NCBI RefSeq assembly: GCF_006345805.1
Contig: NC_043016.1
Coordinates: 16,554,001 to 16,618,000 of the forward strand
DNA length: 64,000 bases
Source of the DNA: Octopus sinensis
Lineage: Eukaryota
Reading direction: 5' to 3'
A program made the position numbers and the translations under genes. Below are positions 12,710 through 25,766 of the stretch, in pieces; position 1 is the first letter of the stretch; the number at the start of each line of letters is the position of its first letter. The notes under the pieces were generated by a model. That model saw nothing but the letters and a program-made list of their open reading frames with translations. It ran no database searches and had not been told where the DNA came from.

Positions 12710-13140
12710 AAGGCGTCGAGCTGGCAGAATCGTTAGCACGCTGGGCGAAATGCTTAGCAGTATTTCGTCTGCCGTTACATGTTCAAATTCTGCCACGGGT
12801 GACTTTGCCTTTCATCCTTTCAGGATCGATAAATTAAGTACCAGTTGCATACTGCGGTTGATCTAATCGACTGGCCCCCTCCCCCAAAATTTCGGGCCTT
12901 GTGCCTAGAGTAGAAAAGAATATTGTCCTTTTATAAGGCAGCAAGCTGGCAGAAACGTTAGCATGCCAAGTGAAATGCTTAGCGGTGTTTCGTCTGTCTT
13001 TCCGTTCTGAGTTCAAATTCTGCCGAGGTCGAACTTTGTCTTTGATCCTTTTAGGGTCGATAAATTAGATACCAGTTATGCACTGGGGTCAATGTAATCG
13101 ACTTAATCCCCTTGTTTGTCCCCTCTATGTTTAGCCCCCC
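12710..13140 (+). mobile_element. two copies of a SINE with Nin/Deu-like domain (also 19878-20670, 46545-46780, 63650-63850)
   Basis: tRNA-like head (CTGGCAGAA..GTTAG; GAGTTCAAATTC) plus GCCTTTCATCCTTTCGGGGTCGATAAATTAAGTACC-type motif. Confidence 0.75.
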
Positions 13141-15570
13141 GTGCTTTTCCACCTTTCAGGTTATCATCACCATCACTGTTTCGCATCCATTTTTAGCTGG
13201 CAGGAGATGAACAGTTTGACATCAACTGGTCAACCAGGGAGCTGTCCAGTCCCCAACTGTCCATTGTGGAACGATTTCTACAGCTGGATACCCTTCCTAA
13301 TGCCAACCACTTAAGGGTGGGCTGAGTGCTTTTTACATGCCACCAGCATGGCCACGTTTACACAGCATTGGTACACATGCATTAACGCGATACCAGCACA
13401 GGAATTTCTTAATTGGCAGCGACATGGGTGCTCTTTAAATTTTATTTAGCTAGATGTACTAGAAGTGCAGCAAATGGCCCCATCTCCCAGTCCTTTGTCA
13501 TTCCCTCAGAGAGGCACAGTATCTGAAGATCTTTTCTCACCACTATGTCACACATCTTCCTGGGTCTACCCCTTCCACGAGTGTCCTCCACCGTTAACTC
13601 AGTGCAGCATATTTATGTAATGAGGGTAGCAGTGTGAAAAAGTGTCACACCCTAGCGGTTGAGGGAACCTGTGGAAGAGGTAGACTCAGGAAGACCTGGG
13701 ATGAGGTGGTGAAGCATAACCTTCAAACATTAGGCCTCACTGAGGCAATGACTAGAGACTGAGACCTTTGGAAATATGCTGTGCTTGAGAAGACCCAGCA
13801 AGCCAAGTGAGACCATAACCTGTTGGCTACGAGAGAGTGTAAGGACCTTGAGAGAAAAGTTGGACCTAAGACACATCAGATGTGGTATGCAATAGAGACA
13901 ACTGTGCTGGTATGGTCATGTGGTGAGAACGGATGAGGATAGCAGTGTGAAAAAAAGTTGAGTGATGAAGGCTGGAGGGTATATCAGCCGAAACGTGTTA
14001 ACAACAAAGAAGATGAGGACAAATATCCGTCAATTATAACTAATGTACATAATTCCTCATCTCTTAAATATAAAACTGTAAAACCTATTTCTGCACTCAT
14101 TCCTGATCACTCTCACACCCTCCTTCTGTTGTTCTTGCCACAGGCTGGGTAACCATGTACCTCCTTCACAGGAAGACACCCGTTTGTTTGTCTGTCACAC
14201 TCTAACCTCGAGACCACCTCCTCCAATGCCCCTGTGGTGCCTTGTAAAAAACATTCAGTCCACACTGTAAAGGGGTTGACATTTGAAAGGGCACCTCTCT
14301 TCAAAAATTATGCCAAAACTGCCCCTACCTGTGTTGGTACTTCTTAAAGAGCACCCAGTCGACACTGTAAAGGGGTTGGCATTTGGAAGGGGTTTAGCTG
14401 TGAAAACCATGCCTAAACTGACCTTGTCAATGCTGGTGTCATGTAAAAAAGTACTATGTCCACTCTGCAGGGTACTTGACTTTCTGAAGAGTATCCAGCT
14501 GTAAAAAGCATGGCAAAAACTGACCCTAAGCTTGCTGGTGCGACTTAAATGTATCCAGGCCACACTGTAAAAAGGTTGGCATTTTGAAGAGCATCCAGCT
14601 GTTTAAAGTCTAGCAAAACTGACCTTGCCTGTGCTGGTGTCACATAAAAAGCTCTCAGCGAATTCTGCGGAGTGGTTGGTGTTAGGAAGGGCTACCAGCT
14701 GTAAAAAACCATGCCAAAACACACAAAAATGGTGCAGGCTCCTGTGAAACCGTCCGACCCATGCCAGTATGGAAGGAGGACATTAAACAAGGATGATCTT
14801 CATCATGATCTTAAGCTAATCTTTTAGTCAAAATTTGAAAAGAAAAACATCCACAGAATACCACATTGGCTGCTGGAATGGACCAAAACCTGATAGAACC
14901 AAACTAGGTTAAAATTCCTGTTCTGGTGTAGAGGTAGACCCAGGAATACATGGGATGAGGTGGTCAAACATGACCTTTGAATATTGGGTCTCACAGAGGC
15001 AATGACAAAAGACCGAGACTTCTGGAGATATGCTTTGACTGCAAAGACCCAACAAATAACATGAGTTCATGGCTGTTTCCTGCACCAGCTTCACATAGCA
15101 GCCCCAGCCCATCGATTGCAGGACGGCCTGCTGTGCTTACCTTGGATCGTAGGGTGACCTGCTGTGCTTGAGGAGACCTATTGAGCAAAGTACATCAACA
15201 ACAAATAAAAATCAAATGGAAATTGTAGTTGTGATACCTGTGCTGGTGGCACGTAAAAAGCACCATCTGAACGTGGCCGATGCCAGCCTCCCCTGGCACC
15301 TGTGCCAGTGGTACGTAAAAGAAACCCACAACACTCACAGATCGGTTAGCATTAGGAAGGGAATCCAGCTGTGGAAACACTGCTAGATCAGACTGGAGCC
15401 TGGTGCAGCCTCCTGGCTTCCCAGATCCCGGTCAAACCGTCCCACCCATGCTAGCATGGAAAACGGATGTTAAACGATGATGATGAGTGCCCTTAACTTA
15501 GCATCAAGTACCAGATATACCTCAGTAAAACGTGCTCCCCAGTGTTTTAACAATGGAAAAAGATACTTAC

Positions 15571-15684
15571 GGTGACTTTTTCAACTTGTAATGTTGGTAC
15601 CGAGTCCCGTAGACTGTTAAAGCTTTCTTTAATATGGTCTCTGCGTTTTCTTTCTAAAGCATTATGGTGTGCCCTTTTTTCAGC
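15571..15684 (-). CDS. Max: Max coding exon 2 (basic region + helix 1 + loop)
   Basis: ttacag|GCT...ACC|gtaagt, 114 nt. Translates [38 protein letters not shown]. Confidence 0.97.
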
Positions 15685-15874
15685 CTGTAAATAAACAAAA
15701 ATATAGTTTAGGGCATAGCCTGCAAAAATAAGAAATAACTGGGCGAAGTTCAGAGAGCTACAACCTCTAATAGCAACTAAGGACCATGGAGTCTTCTCCC
15801 TAGCGCAGTATGTCAGATGCTAACCATGTTTTTAAGAGGGTGAGTCAAAAAGTGTCTGGACCGGGTGAATTTTC

Positions 15875-16160
15875 CCAGTGGTTAGGACTCGCAGTCGGAG
15901 GATCAAGGTTTCAATTCCCAGATCGAGCGTTGTGTGTTTATTGAGCGAAAACACCTAAAGCGCCACGAGGCTCTGGCAGGAGGTGGTGGCGACCCCTGTT
16001 GTACTCTTTTACCCCAACTTTCTCTCACTCTCTCTTCCTGTTTCTTGAGTAACACTGCGATGGACTGGCGTCCCGTCCAGCTGAGGGAGGGGGGGACATA
16101 CGCCACAGAAACCGGGCCAATGAGCCTGGCTAGGCTTGAAAAGGGCGCATAAGTAAATAA
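15875..16160 (+). mobile_element. tRNA-derived SINE with V-domain-like motif (partial inverted copy at 63925-64000)
   Basis: AGTGGTTAG...GGTTTCAATTCC head; GATGGACTGGCGTCCCGTCCAG motif; A-rich tail. Confidence 0.6.
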
Positions 16161-16623
16161 ATCAATAGACAAAAGAGGGGGGGGGGGGTAATGATATCTG
16201 AAATAAAAATGGTGGTGATATTAATATAGGCGTAAGAGTGGCTCTGTGGTAAGTAGCTTGTTTACCAACCGCATGGTTCCGGGTTCAGACCCACTGTGTG
16301 ACACCTTGGGCAAGTGTCTTCTACTATAGCCTCAGGTCGACCAAAGCCTTGTGAGAGAATCTGCTAGACGGAAACTGAAAGAAGCCCGTCGTAAAAGTGT
16401 GTGTGTTTGTGTCTCCAACATCGCTTGACGACCGATGCTGGTGTGTTACGTCCCCGTCACTTAGTAGTTCGTCAAAAGAGACCGATAGAATAAGTACTAG
16501 GCTTACAAAGAATGAGGGTCGATTTGCTCGATTTAAAAGCGGTGCTCCAGCATGGCCGCAGTCAAATGACTGAAACAAGTAAAAGAGTAAAGAGTTATAT
16601 ATTGAAGGACGTTCTATACTTAC

Positions 16624-16662
16624 ATCACTTTCTATGTCGACATCACGATCTTCATCACTCAT
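16624..16662 (-). CDS. Max: Max coding exon 1 (start codon, acidic N-terminus)
   Basis: aaaATG...GAT|gtaagt. Translates MSDEDRDVDIESD (cf. MAX MSDNDDIEVESD). Possible acceptor tttttag at 16689-16690. Confidence 0.95.
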
Positions 16663-17489
16663 TTTGCCCCGTTTGGTAAAACTGGCCCCTAAAAAAGGGA
16701 CACCCTGGGACAAAGTGTATATCTTACACACCAAAACCCTGTTCAAATGGGTCCCAAACCTTAATAAGGGACGATTTCGTCCTCCTTCAACGCTTTCTTT
16801 AAATGTCCAATATTTCAGGTTTCGATTTCAAATCCTGGCGTCCCAACGGGTGTATATAGTCATACACAACGTGTCCATAGAATATGATAGGGTAGATAAC
16901 AATGTGTCGATGGATGAACAGTTACAATAGTCAAAGGGTGAGGTTTGGGGTTCAAATCCAAGCGTCCTGGCGAGTATGTATCATCATATATAACGTAAAT
17001 CCGTAGATTGACTGGATATGTGTGTGTGTGTGTGTATGGTATATATATATAATATATATACAGTATATAAGAATGATGTGTTGAAGAAGTAGTTTGAGAG
17101 AATATTCAAAACTTGAGGTTTGGGTTTCGAATCCAAGTGTCCCGACGTGTGTATATTATATCCGTAACGTGCGTCCGTAGAATGAGGGTATATATATATA
17201 TATTTGTGTATATAATGTGTCGTTGGAGGATGTTAAAAGACGGAGATATGTCGCTTGTGTTGTTTGGTGGCCACGTCTTCCTTGGAGTATATTGTTGATT
17301 GATCTACTCGGATCCGTGGTGATGAGACATGCTTCTCTCGTTGTTCCTTCTTTCAGCAGTGAAGGCCACAGGTTGAGTAATTAATGGCAATATAGAATGA
17401 ATTATGTGTGTATAAATATATATATGTGTGTATACACGTATATATACAGAGGTGTATATAGATATATATATAGATAGATAGGGATCGAA

Positions 17490-17830
17490 GATGGTTTGTG
17501 TGTGGTGGACGTCACCAACGAGGAAATAGAAGGGTTTGGCGCTGCGGGCACCTGGCTACATCAACGTGAGGATGAGATCAATGGATGAGGAAGATAGGAG
17601 AAATGATGCTGTTACCATCGCTCCGCCATTGCTGTGAAAGATAGTAGCAGGGAGGAGTGGCGGTGGGAGTGAGGAGTTGGACCGTGGTGGGAGTAGGACG
17701 TTTCGGCGGCGGTGGGAGTAATACGCTGAACGGTGGTAGGAGTGGGCGGAGTAGGGGAAGTTGGGAGACGGAAGAGTTGTCGGACTTGGCTGCGGCGGCG
17801 CACCGGAAGAAGTATACATGCACGTGATTG
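17490..17830 (-). promoter_or_regulatory. putative Max promoter / 5' leader
   Basis: Non-repeat GC/CpG-rich island ~1 kb upstream of the ATG, with ETS motif CCGGAAG (17803-17809) and E-box CACGTG (17821-17826). Confidence 0.5.
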
Positions 17831-18149
17831 TGAAAGTATATATACACACAGACGCAGTTTTGTACAAGTAGAGTAAGATGGAACAATAATAGACGGGACT
17901 GTTATGTGGATGGATGTATATATGTGTGTTTAGATGTATGTATATATATATGTGTGTATATAATGTAAAATAAATAATAATGAAATTATTGTATACCGTG
18001 CTCAGGTGCACCGCAACAGATATATATATATAAGTAGGTGAATGTATTATCCTATGTTTATCGTTCGACTCCATTCTTTCATTTATTCATATATATACAC
18101 AGGTAGAGGAGGATAGAATAATAGACAGGGGACTGTTATGTGGATGGAT

Positions 18150-18752
18150 GTATATATATATGTATGTATTTAGATGTATATATGTGTGGGGGTGGGGTAT
18201 ATATATATATGTGTGTGTGTGTGTAGATGTATGCGTGGGTGTATATATGCATGGGTATATATATATATATATATGTGGGTGTGCATGTATATATATATAT
18301 GTGTGTGAGTGTATATATATATATGTGAGTATGTATGTAGATAGATGTATATATGTGTGTGTGTGTAGTTAGAGGTATATATATGTGTGTGGGGAGTATA
18401 TATATATATGTAGTTAGATATGTGTGTGTGAGTGTATATATATATGTATGAGTGTATAAATATGTGTGTGGTTGGGGTATATATATATATATTAGATGTG
18501 TGTGTGGGTGTATATATATATATAAATTAGAAAAAAAACACTTTTTATCAATTCAATACTGAAAAACTAAATTATACCATTTAGAAAAATTACATCTTAT
18601 AGAAAGATTAAATATAAGATAAAACAACAATGATCAAGTAATGTGCAAAAAAGTAAATAAAATGTATATATTTGGCAGAATATATAAATATATATATGCG
18701 TGTGTGTAGATAGATGCATATATGTTTGGGTGTATATATATGTGTGTGTGTA

Positions 18753-18792
<40 letters not shown>

Positions 18793-19510
18793 GTAGATAG
18801 ATGTATATATGTGTGTGGGTGTATATATATACGTAGTTAGATGTATATATGTGTGGGTATATATATATATATATATGTGTGTGTAAGTAGATGTGTATAT
18901 GTGTGTGTGGAGAGTATATATATGTGTAGTTAGATGTATGTGTGTGAGTGTATATATATATAGATGTATAATTGTGTGGGTGTATATATATATGTAGTTA
19001 GATGTATGTTTGTGAGTGTATATATATGTATGTATGTAGATAGATGTATATATATGTGTGGGGTATGTATATATATATATGTGTGTGTGTGTGTGTAGTT
19101 AGATGTAAATAAATGTGTGTATGAGGATGCATGTGTATATATATATGTATTATTTATATTATACATATATGTGTGGGTGCATATATGTATGCATATATAT
19201 ATATATGTAGTTAAATGCATGTATGTGTGTGTGCATGGAAAGCGGACGTTAAGCGATGATGATGATGATAAATATATATATATATATACATATACAAATA
19301 CATTCACATACGCACACACACCATACACATATGCATACATACATACACACATACACACCATACCGATATACATATATATATATATACATATCTATATACA
19401 TACAAACATACACACACACACCACATACTCCACACACATACACGTACATACATACATATATAGCCACACACTCACACATACTGACCCTCACACACACCCA
19501 CAAACAACCA
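18150..19510. repeat. compound (AT)/(GT)/(AC) microsatellite field
   Basis: Direct inspection; similar fields occur throughout the window. Confidence 0.9.
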
Positions 19511-19877
19511 ACTCACAGCCATAGAAAAGGTTGCCAGGCGCAGCGACCATTTTAAGCAAATAAAAATAAGGCATAAATGGAAATTAAACCCGTGTGTGTG
19601 TCAAATTATAAGACCCCCACCAAAAAAAAATTACTGTTCCCAGACACAACAATATAATTTTGATAAATGGGGAAAAGAGACGTGTCCCCGTACGAGCACA
19701 AGACAAACCCTGATACTAAAATATGAATCTGGGGCTGCATTACCCTAAGAATTATGATTTGCAATATTTGTATTTTGTTTGTTGTCTTAATAAATGTAAT
19801 TTTAAATAGGGGCCATTTAGGGGGGGGCGGGGTATTTACTGCGGTGCTAGTCCCGGTTTCCATTTAGGGCTTATAGA

Positions 19878-20670
19878 AGGTGGCGAGCTGGCTGAGACGT
19901 TAGCACGCTGGATGAAATACTTAATGTTGTTTCGTCTGCATTTTCGATCTGAGTTCAAATTCTGTCACGGTCAACTGTGCCTTTTGTACTGGGTCAATGT
20001 AATCGATTTAATCCCTTTGTCTGTCCTTGTTTAGCTCCTTGTGGGCAATAAAGAAATAAGAAGCGTTAGCATGCCAGGCAAAATGCTTAGCGGTGTTTCG
20101 TCTGCCATTATGTTCTCAGTTCAAATTTCCTCAAGGTCGACTGTGCCTTTTGTCATTTCGGGTTCGATAAATTAAGTACCAGTTACACACTGGGGATCAA
20201 TATAATCGAATTAATCTGTTTGTCTGTCCTTGTTTGTCCCTCTATGTTTAGCCCCTTGTGGGCAATAAAGAAATAAGTAGTGTTAGCACGCCGGGCAAAA
20301 TGCTTAGCAGTATTTCATCTGCCGTTACGTTCTGAGTTCCAATTCCACTGAGGTCGACTGTGCCTTTGTCGTTTCGGGATCGATAAATTAAGTACCAGTT
20401 ACGCACTGGGGTCAATCTAATCGACTTAATCCCTTTGTCTGTCCTTTTACATCCCCTTTTTGTTTAGCCCCTTGTGGGCAATAAAGAAATAAGAAACATT
20501 AGCACACCGAGTGAAATGCTTAGCAGTATTTCATCTGCCATTACATTCTGAGTTCAAATTCCGCTGAGGTTGTCTTTGCCATTCATCCTTTTGGGGTCAA
20601 TAAATTAAATACCAGTTGCGTACTGGAGTCGATCTAATCGACTAGCCCCTTCTCCAAAATTTCAGACCCT
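19878..20670 (+). mobile_element. head-to-tail array of ~4 Nin/Deu-like SINE units
   Basis: Repeating GTTAGCA...GAGTTCAAATTC...GTGGGCAATAAAGAAATAAG units of ~190-215 bp. Confidence 0.8.
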
Positions 20671-20919
20671 GCTCCTTGATTAATTATGTATCCATTAACA
20701 ACTTCGATACAGCACATTTAATGATCAATTAAAAATTGTTACACTTTACGATCGACAAACACCCAACTTTAAGTTTTAAAAATTGTAAACTATCTGAGCA
20801 TTCGAAGACAACCCTTCGTTAAGTTCTTTTTAAATTTAAAAAACTGTGTGTGCATGTATAAATGTGTGTATATATGTATATATATATTATTTATATTAAG
20901 GGTATTACTGTACATAAAA

Positions 20920-21002
20920 GCCTCACGCTATGAGGGACTCTTAAAGTCAAAACTACCATATTATGGTAGTGTTGACTTTAAGAGTCCCTTGTAGCGTAAG
21001 GC
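20920..21002. repeat. ~83-bp near-perfect palindrome (mini-MITE-like); second copy at ~60827-60927
   Basis: GCCTCACGCTATGAGGGACTCTTAAAGTCAAAACTACCAT / ATGGTAGTGTTGACTTTAAGAGTCCCTTGTAGCGTAAGGC. Confidence 0.85.
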
Positions 21003-21312
21003 CATTAATATAGATAAATATATTTGATTAGAATAATTTATAATTTTTCCCTTACATGCTAGCTACTTGATAAATTTTTATAAAGATTCTAGGCAAGACT
21101 TCTGCCCATCCACCCCTCAAAACCAGCCTTTTGAAAAAAAAACCATAATTTTCGACACAAAACCCCACTTTTCGGCTACAGGGAATACGAATCTGCAAAA
21201 AAAATGGTTTTTAGGGTCAGTGTTGGGGGGAAAATGTCAAAATTGAAGACATTGGGGGCAAAAGATGGGGGAAAAAATTTCACAATGTCAATTTTTGGCA
21301 ATTTTCCGGAAC

Positions 21313-21735
21313 CAGACTCTGTTTAAAGGTGATGGGATCCTTTTCCTCTTTGATCTCTTTTGAGACAATGTTAAACAGAGCAGGGCCTGTTGAGGAAAAG
21401 AAATTATGTCGCAATGTACCTATATGCTGTGATCCTGAATTATGCAGGGGACATATGGCCCATGGTCCCAGCCTTGGATGAACCTTGAAACTAATGTTCA
21501 GGTCATTTGGGCAATGCTGGCAGTATATTCTCCACATCGTACAAATGATATACCGCTCACAGCGACACTGGAGAGAGTAGAGCTACAAGGCTTTAAGGTG
21601 GTCCCAGTAATCGAGATCAGCCATACCCTTAATTCATTTAGTGAATGCTCTCTGGGGTGATTCAATTTTTTGAGATGTTTAGTTTTGTATGGGGTGACCA
21701 CAGGGGAAGGCAGTATTTGAGGTGTGGTCATACAA
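21313..21735 (-). mobile_element. CR1-type LINE 3' ORF fragment
   Basis: Across frames: QRAFTKRIKGMADLDYWDHLKAL..YSLQ...ERYII..MWRI and FSSTGPALFN..KEIK...FK. Confidence 0.7.
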
Positions 21736-22325
21736 AGCATATATATATAAGACTTCCACCCACCCCCACCCCCACCATTTTTTCCAAAATTTGTTGATTT
21801 AAAAAATTTTTTGTCCCCCAAATCCCCGTTTTCTGATATGGAGGTTCCGGAAAATTGCCAAAAATCGGCATTGTGAAATTTTCTCCTACCCTCTTCTCTC
21901 CTGCCAACTTCTTCAATTGTAACTTTTTTCACCAACACTGATCCTAACCCTAAAACCCTAACCGTTTTTTGTGGGGAGGATGGGCGGAAGACCTGCCTTC
22001 GAACATGTAAACAAATCATTAACTCTATTTGAACATGAAGAAAATTCCTCGCTGAAAGGTGGTGCTGCAAGCAGAGGTAAGACTTCTGCCCGTCCCCCTT
22101 ACTCCCATTTTCTCCCGATTTTTTGTTTATTTAAAAAAATTTTTTGCCCAAAATCCCCGTTTTCGTATCCGAGGGTCCCGGAAAATTGCCAAAAAGGCAA
22201 TCCTTTGATGTACATCGAGAAATATCTTAATGTTTGACTTCGGGTATTTCCGTGCCAAACAGCATTGTGAAATTTTCTCCCCACTTTTCCCCCGCCAACT
22301 TCTTCAATTGTAAAATTTTTCTCCA

Positions 22326-23747
22326 ACACTAACCCTAAAACTCTAACGCTAACCCTAAAACCCTAACACTCACCCTAACCCTAAAACTCTAACACTAACA
22401 CTAAAACACTAACACTAAAATCCTAACCCTAACCTTAAAACCCTAACCCTAAAACCATAACTCTAACACCCTAACCCTAAAATCCTACCCTAAACCTAGC
22501 TCTAAAACCTTAAGCCTAACCCTAAAACCCTAGCTCTAAAACCTTAAGCCTAACCCTAAAACCCTAACTCTAAAACCCTATCCCTAAACCTAACCCAAAA
22601 AACCTAACCCTAAAACTAACTCTTAAACGGTAACTCTAAAACCCTAACCCTAAAACCCTAACCCTAAAACCCTTACCCTAAAACCTTAACCCCAACCCTA
22701 ATATCCCTAACACTAACCTTAACCATACCCTAAAACCCTAACCATAAACCTAACCCTAAAACCCTAACTCTAAAACCCTCATCCTAAACCTAACTCTAAA
22801 ACACAAACCGTAACCTAACCCTAAAATCCTACCCTAACTCTAAAACCCAAACACAAACCCTAAAACCCTAACACTAACACTAAAATCCTAACCCTAAAAT
22901 CCCTAACACTAACCCCAACCATACCCTACAACCCTAATGCTAAACCCTAACCATAAGCTTAACCCTAAAACCCTAACTCTAATCCTAACCCTAAAACCCT
23001 AACCCTAACACTAACCGTAACCATAAAACCCTAACTCAAAAACCCGAACCCTAGGCCTAATCCCAAAACCCTAACCCTAAACCTACTCTAAAACCCTAAA
23101 GCTAAAGCCCTAGCCCTAAAATATCAAGCCTAAAACCTTAACCCTAAAACCCTAACCCTAAAACCCTAACTCTAAAACCCAAGCCCTAATCCTAAAACCA
23201 TAGCCCTAACCCCAACACTAAAACACTAACCCTAAAATCCCAACCCTAAACCTAACTCTAAAACCCTAACCCTAAGACCCTAACTCTAAAACCCAAGCCC
23301 TAATCCTAAAACCCAAACCATAACCCTAAAACCCTAACCCTAACCCAAAAACCCTAACTCTAAAACCCTAACCCTAAACCTAACCCTAAAACCCTAACCC
23401 TAAAACCCTAACCCCAATACTAAAACCCTAACCCTAAAATCCCAACCCTAAACCTAACCTTAAAACCCTAACCCTAACACTAAAACCCTAACCCTAAAAT
23501 CCTAAACCTAACTCTAAAACCCTAAATCTAAAACTCTAACCTTAACACTAAATCTTTAACCCTGACATTCACCCTAACCCAAAAACCCTAAACCTAATTC
23601 TAAAACCCTAACCCTAAAACCCTAACCCTAAAGCCCTAACCTTAACACTAATCCTAAAACCCTAACCCTAAACCTAAACCTAACTCTAAAACCCTAACCC
23701 GAAAATCCTAACCCTAAAACCCTAACTCTAAAACCCTAACTCTAACT
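22326..23747 (-). repeat. degenerate telomere-like array (CCCTAA / CCCTAAAA variants on + strand)
   Basis: ~1.4 kb of ACCCTA, ACCCTAAA and ACTCTAAA units. Confidence 0.93.
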
Positions 23748-24453
23748 CAAAAAGGCATTCCTTCGATGTAAATCGGGAAAATCGTAATATTTGACTTCAG
23801 GTATTTCCGTGAAAAACGAAAGTTGCCGAAGTGGGACGAGGAGAAGAAAGCTAATGTCTCTGTGTCTGTGTGTTTGTCCTTGCTCTTGTTTGTGTCTGTG
23901 TGTTCGTGTTTTGTCTGTGTCTGTGTGTTCATCCTTCCTCTGGTGTGTGTCTGTGCATTCGTTCTTGCTCTTGTCTGGGTCTGTGTGTTCGTTCTTGCTC
24001 TTGTCTGTGTGTTCATGCTTGCTTTTATCCGTGTGTGTGTGTGTGCGTCCTTGTTCTTATCCATATGTGTGTGTGTGTCCGTGCGTGTTCTTATCTCTGT
24101 GTGTGCGTGCTTATTCGGCAAGACTTCCGCCCGTTCCACCGCCGCAAAAACCCACCCTTTTAAAATAATTTGTTTTTTCGACACAAACCCCACCCCTTTT
24201 CAACTTCAGGGAATACGAATCTGCAAAAACAATAGACAAAAATCGACAATTTTTAAATTCCCACCCACCTCACCCCGACCTCCATTTTTAGCGTTTTTCA
24301 GAAAAATACGGAGATTATGATTCTCTAAATCGAGAAAAATCAAGAAAAATTGTAATATTTGACTTCAAGTATTTCCGTGCCAAACGGCATTGTGAAATTT
24401 TCTCACGCCCCTTTTCTCCCATCAAATTCTTCAATTGTAACTTTTTTCCCAAA

Positions 24454-24816
24454 CACTAACCCTAATCATAACACTAAAAACCTAATCCTAACACTAAAAC
24501 CCTGACACTAAAACGCTAACCTTAACCCTAAAACCTTGACCTTAAAACCCTAACTCTAACACTAACCCTAAAACCCTAACCCTAAACCTAACTCTAAAAT
24601 CCTAACCCTGACTCTAAAACCCTAACCCTAACACTAACCCTAACCCTAACGTTAAAGCCCTAACCCTAACGCTAAAACACTAATCCTAACGTTAAAGCCC
24701 TAACCCTAACGCTAAAACCCTAACCTTAACACTAACCCTAACTCTAAAACGCTAACCCTAAACCTAACTCTAAAACCCTAACCCTAACACTAACCCTAAA
24801 ACCTAAACCCTAAACC
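24454..24816 (-). repeat. second degenerate (CCCTAA)n array
   Basis: Same unit set, preceded by the same module as the first array. Confidence 0.9.
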
Positions 24817-25055
24817 TTGCTCGGCAAGACTTCTGGCCGTCTCTCTAAAAAAACAAGACTTTTAAAATAATTTGTTTTTTCAACACAAATACGCCCTTTT
24901 CAGCGACAGGGAATACGAATCTGCAAATAAGCAACAACCGGCATTTTTAACTTTCCATCCCCATCTACTTCATTTATTACTTTTTTCAAAAATTTTACAC
25001 CATGTCAAATGTTACGATGTTTTTGATTTACATTGAAGGAATGACTTTTTGGACT

Positions 25056-25766
25056 AGAGTTAGGGTTTATGGGGTAGCGTTACGGTTTTAGGGTTAGCGT
25101 TATAGGGTTAGGGTTTTAGAGTTGGGTTTAGTGTTAGGGTTTTAGGATTAGGGTGAGGGTTAGGGTTTTAGGGCTAGGGTTAGAGTTTTAGGGTTAGTGT
25201 TTTAGGGTTAGGATTACGGTATTAGGGTTAGGGTTTTAGAGTTAGGTTAAGGGTTAGGGTTTTAGAGTTAGGATTTTAGGGTTAGGGTTTTAGGATTAGA
25301 TATTTAAGATTAGGGCTTTAGTGTTAGGGTTTTAGGGTTAGGTTTAGGTTTAGGGTTTTAGGGCTAGGGTTAGGGTTTTAGGGATAGGTTTAGAGTTAGG
25401 GTTTCAGGGTTAGGGTTAGGGTTTTAGGATTACAGTTATAGGGTTTTAGGGTTAGGATTTTAGAGTTAGGTTTAGGGTTAGGGTTTTAGGGTTAGGGATT
25501 TAGTGTTAGGCTTTTAGGGTTAGGGTTTTAGGATTAGGGTTCTAATGTTTGGGTTTTAAAGTCATGGTTTTAGAGTTAGGTTTACGGTTAGGGCTAGGGT
25601 TTTAGGGTTTGCGTTAGGGTTTTAGGGTTAGGGTATTAGATTTAGGGTAAGGGGTAGGGTTTTAGATTGAGTGATAGGGTTAGGGTTAGCGTTTTAGGAT
25701 TAGGGTTAGGGGTTTAGGGTTAGGGTTTTAGGATTAGGGTTTTAGGGTTAGGGTTAGGGTTAGGGG
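25056..25766 (+). repeat. degenerate (TTAGGG)n array, inverted relative to the first two
   Basis: TTAGGG / TTTTAGGG units on + strand. Confidence 0.93.

Noticed and set aside
22326-25766. Chromosome end-to-end fusion scar
   Set aside because: A fusion gives (TTAGGG)n then (CCCTAA)n; the order here is the reverse, and the arrays sit in a dispersed repeat module.
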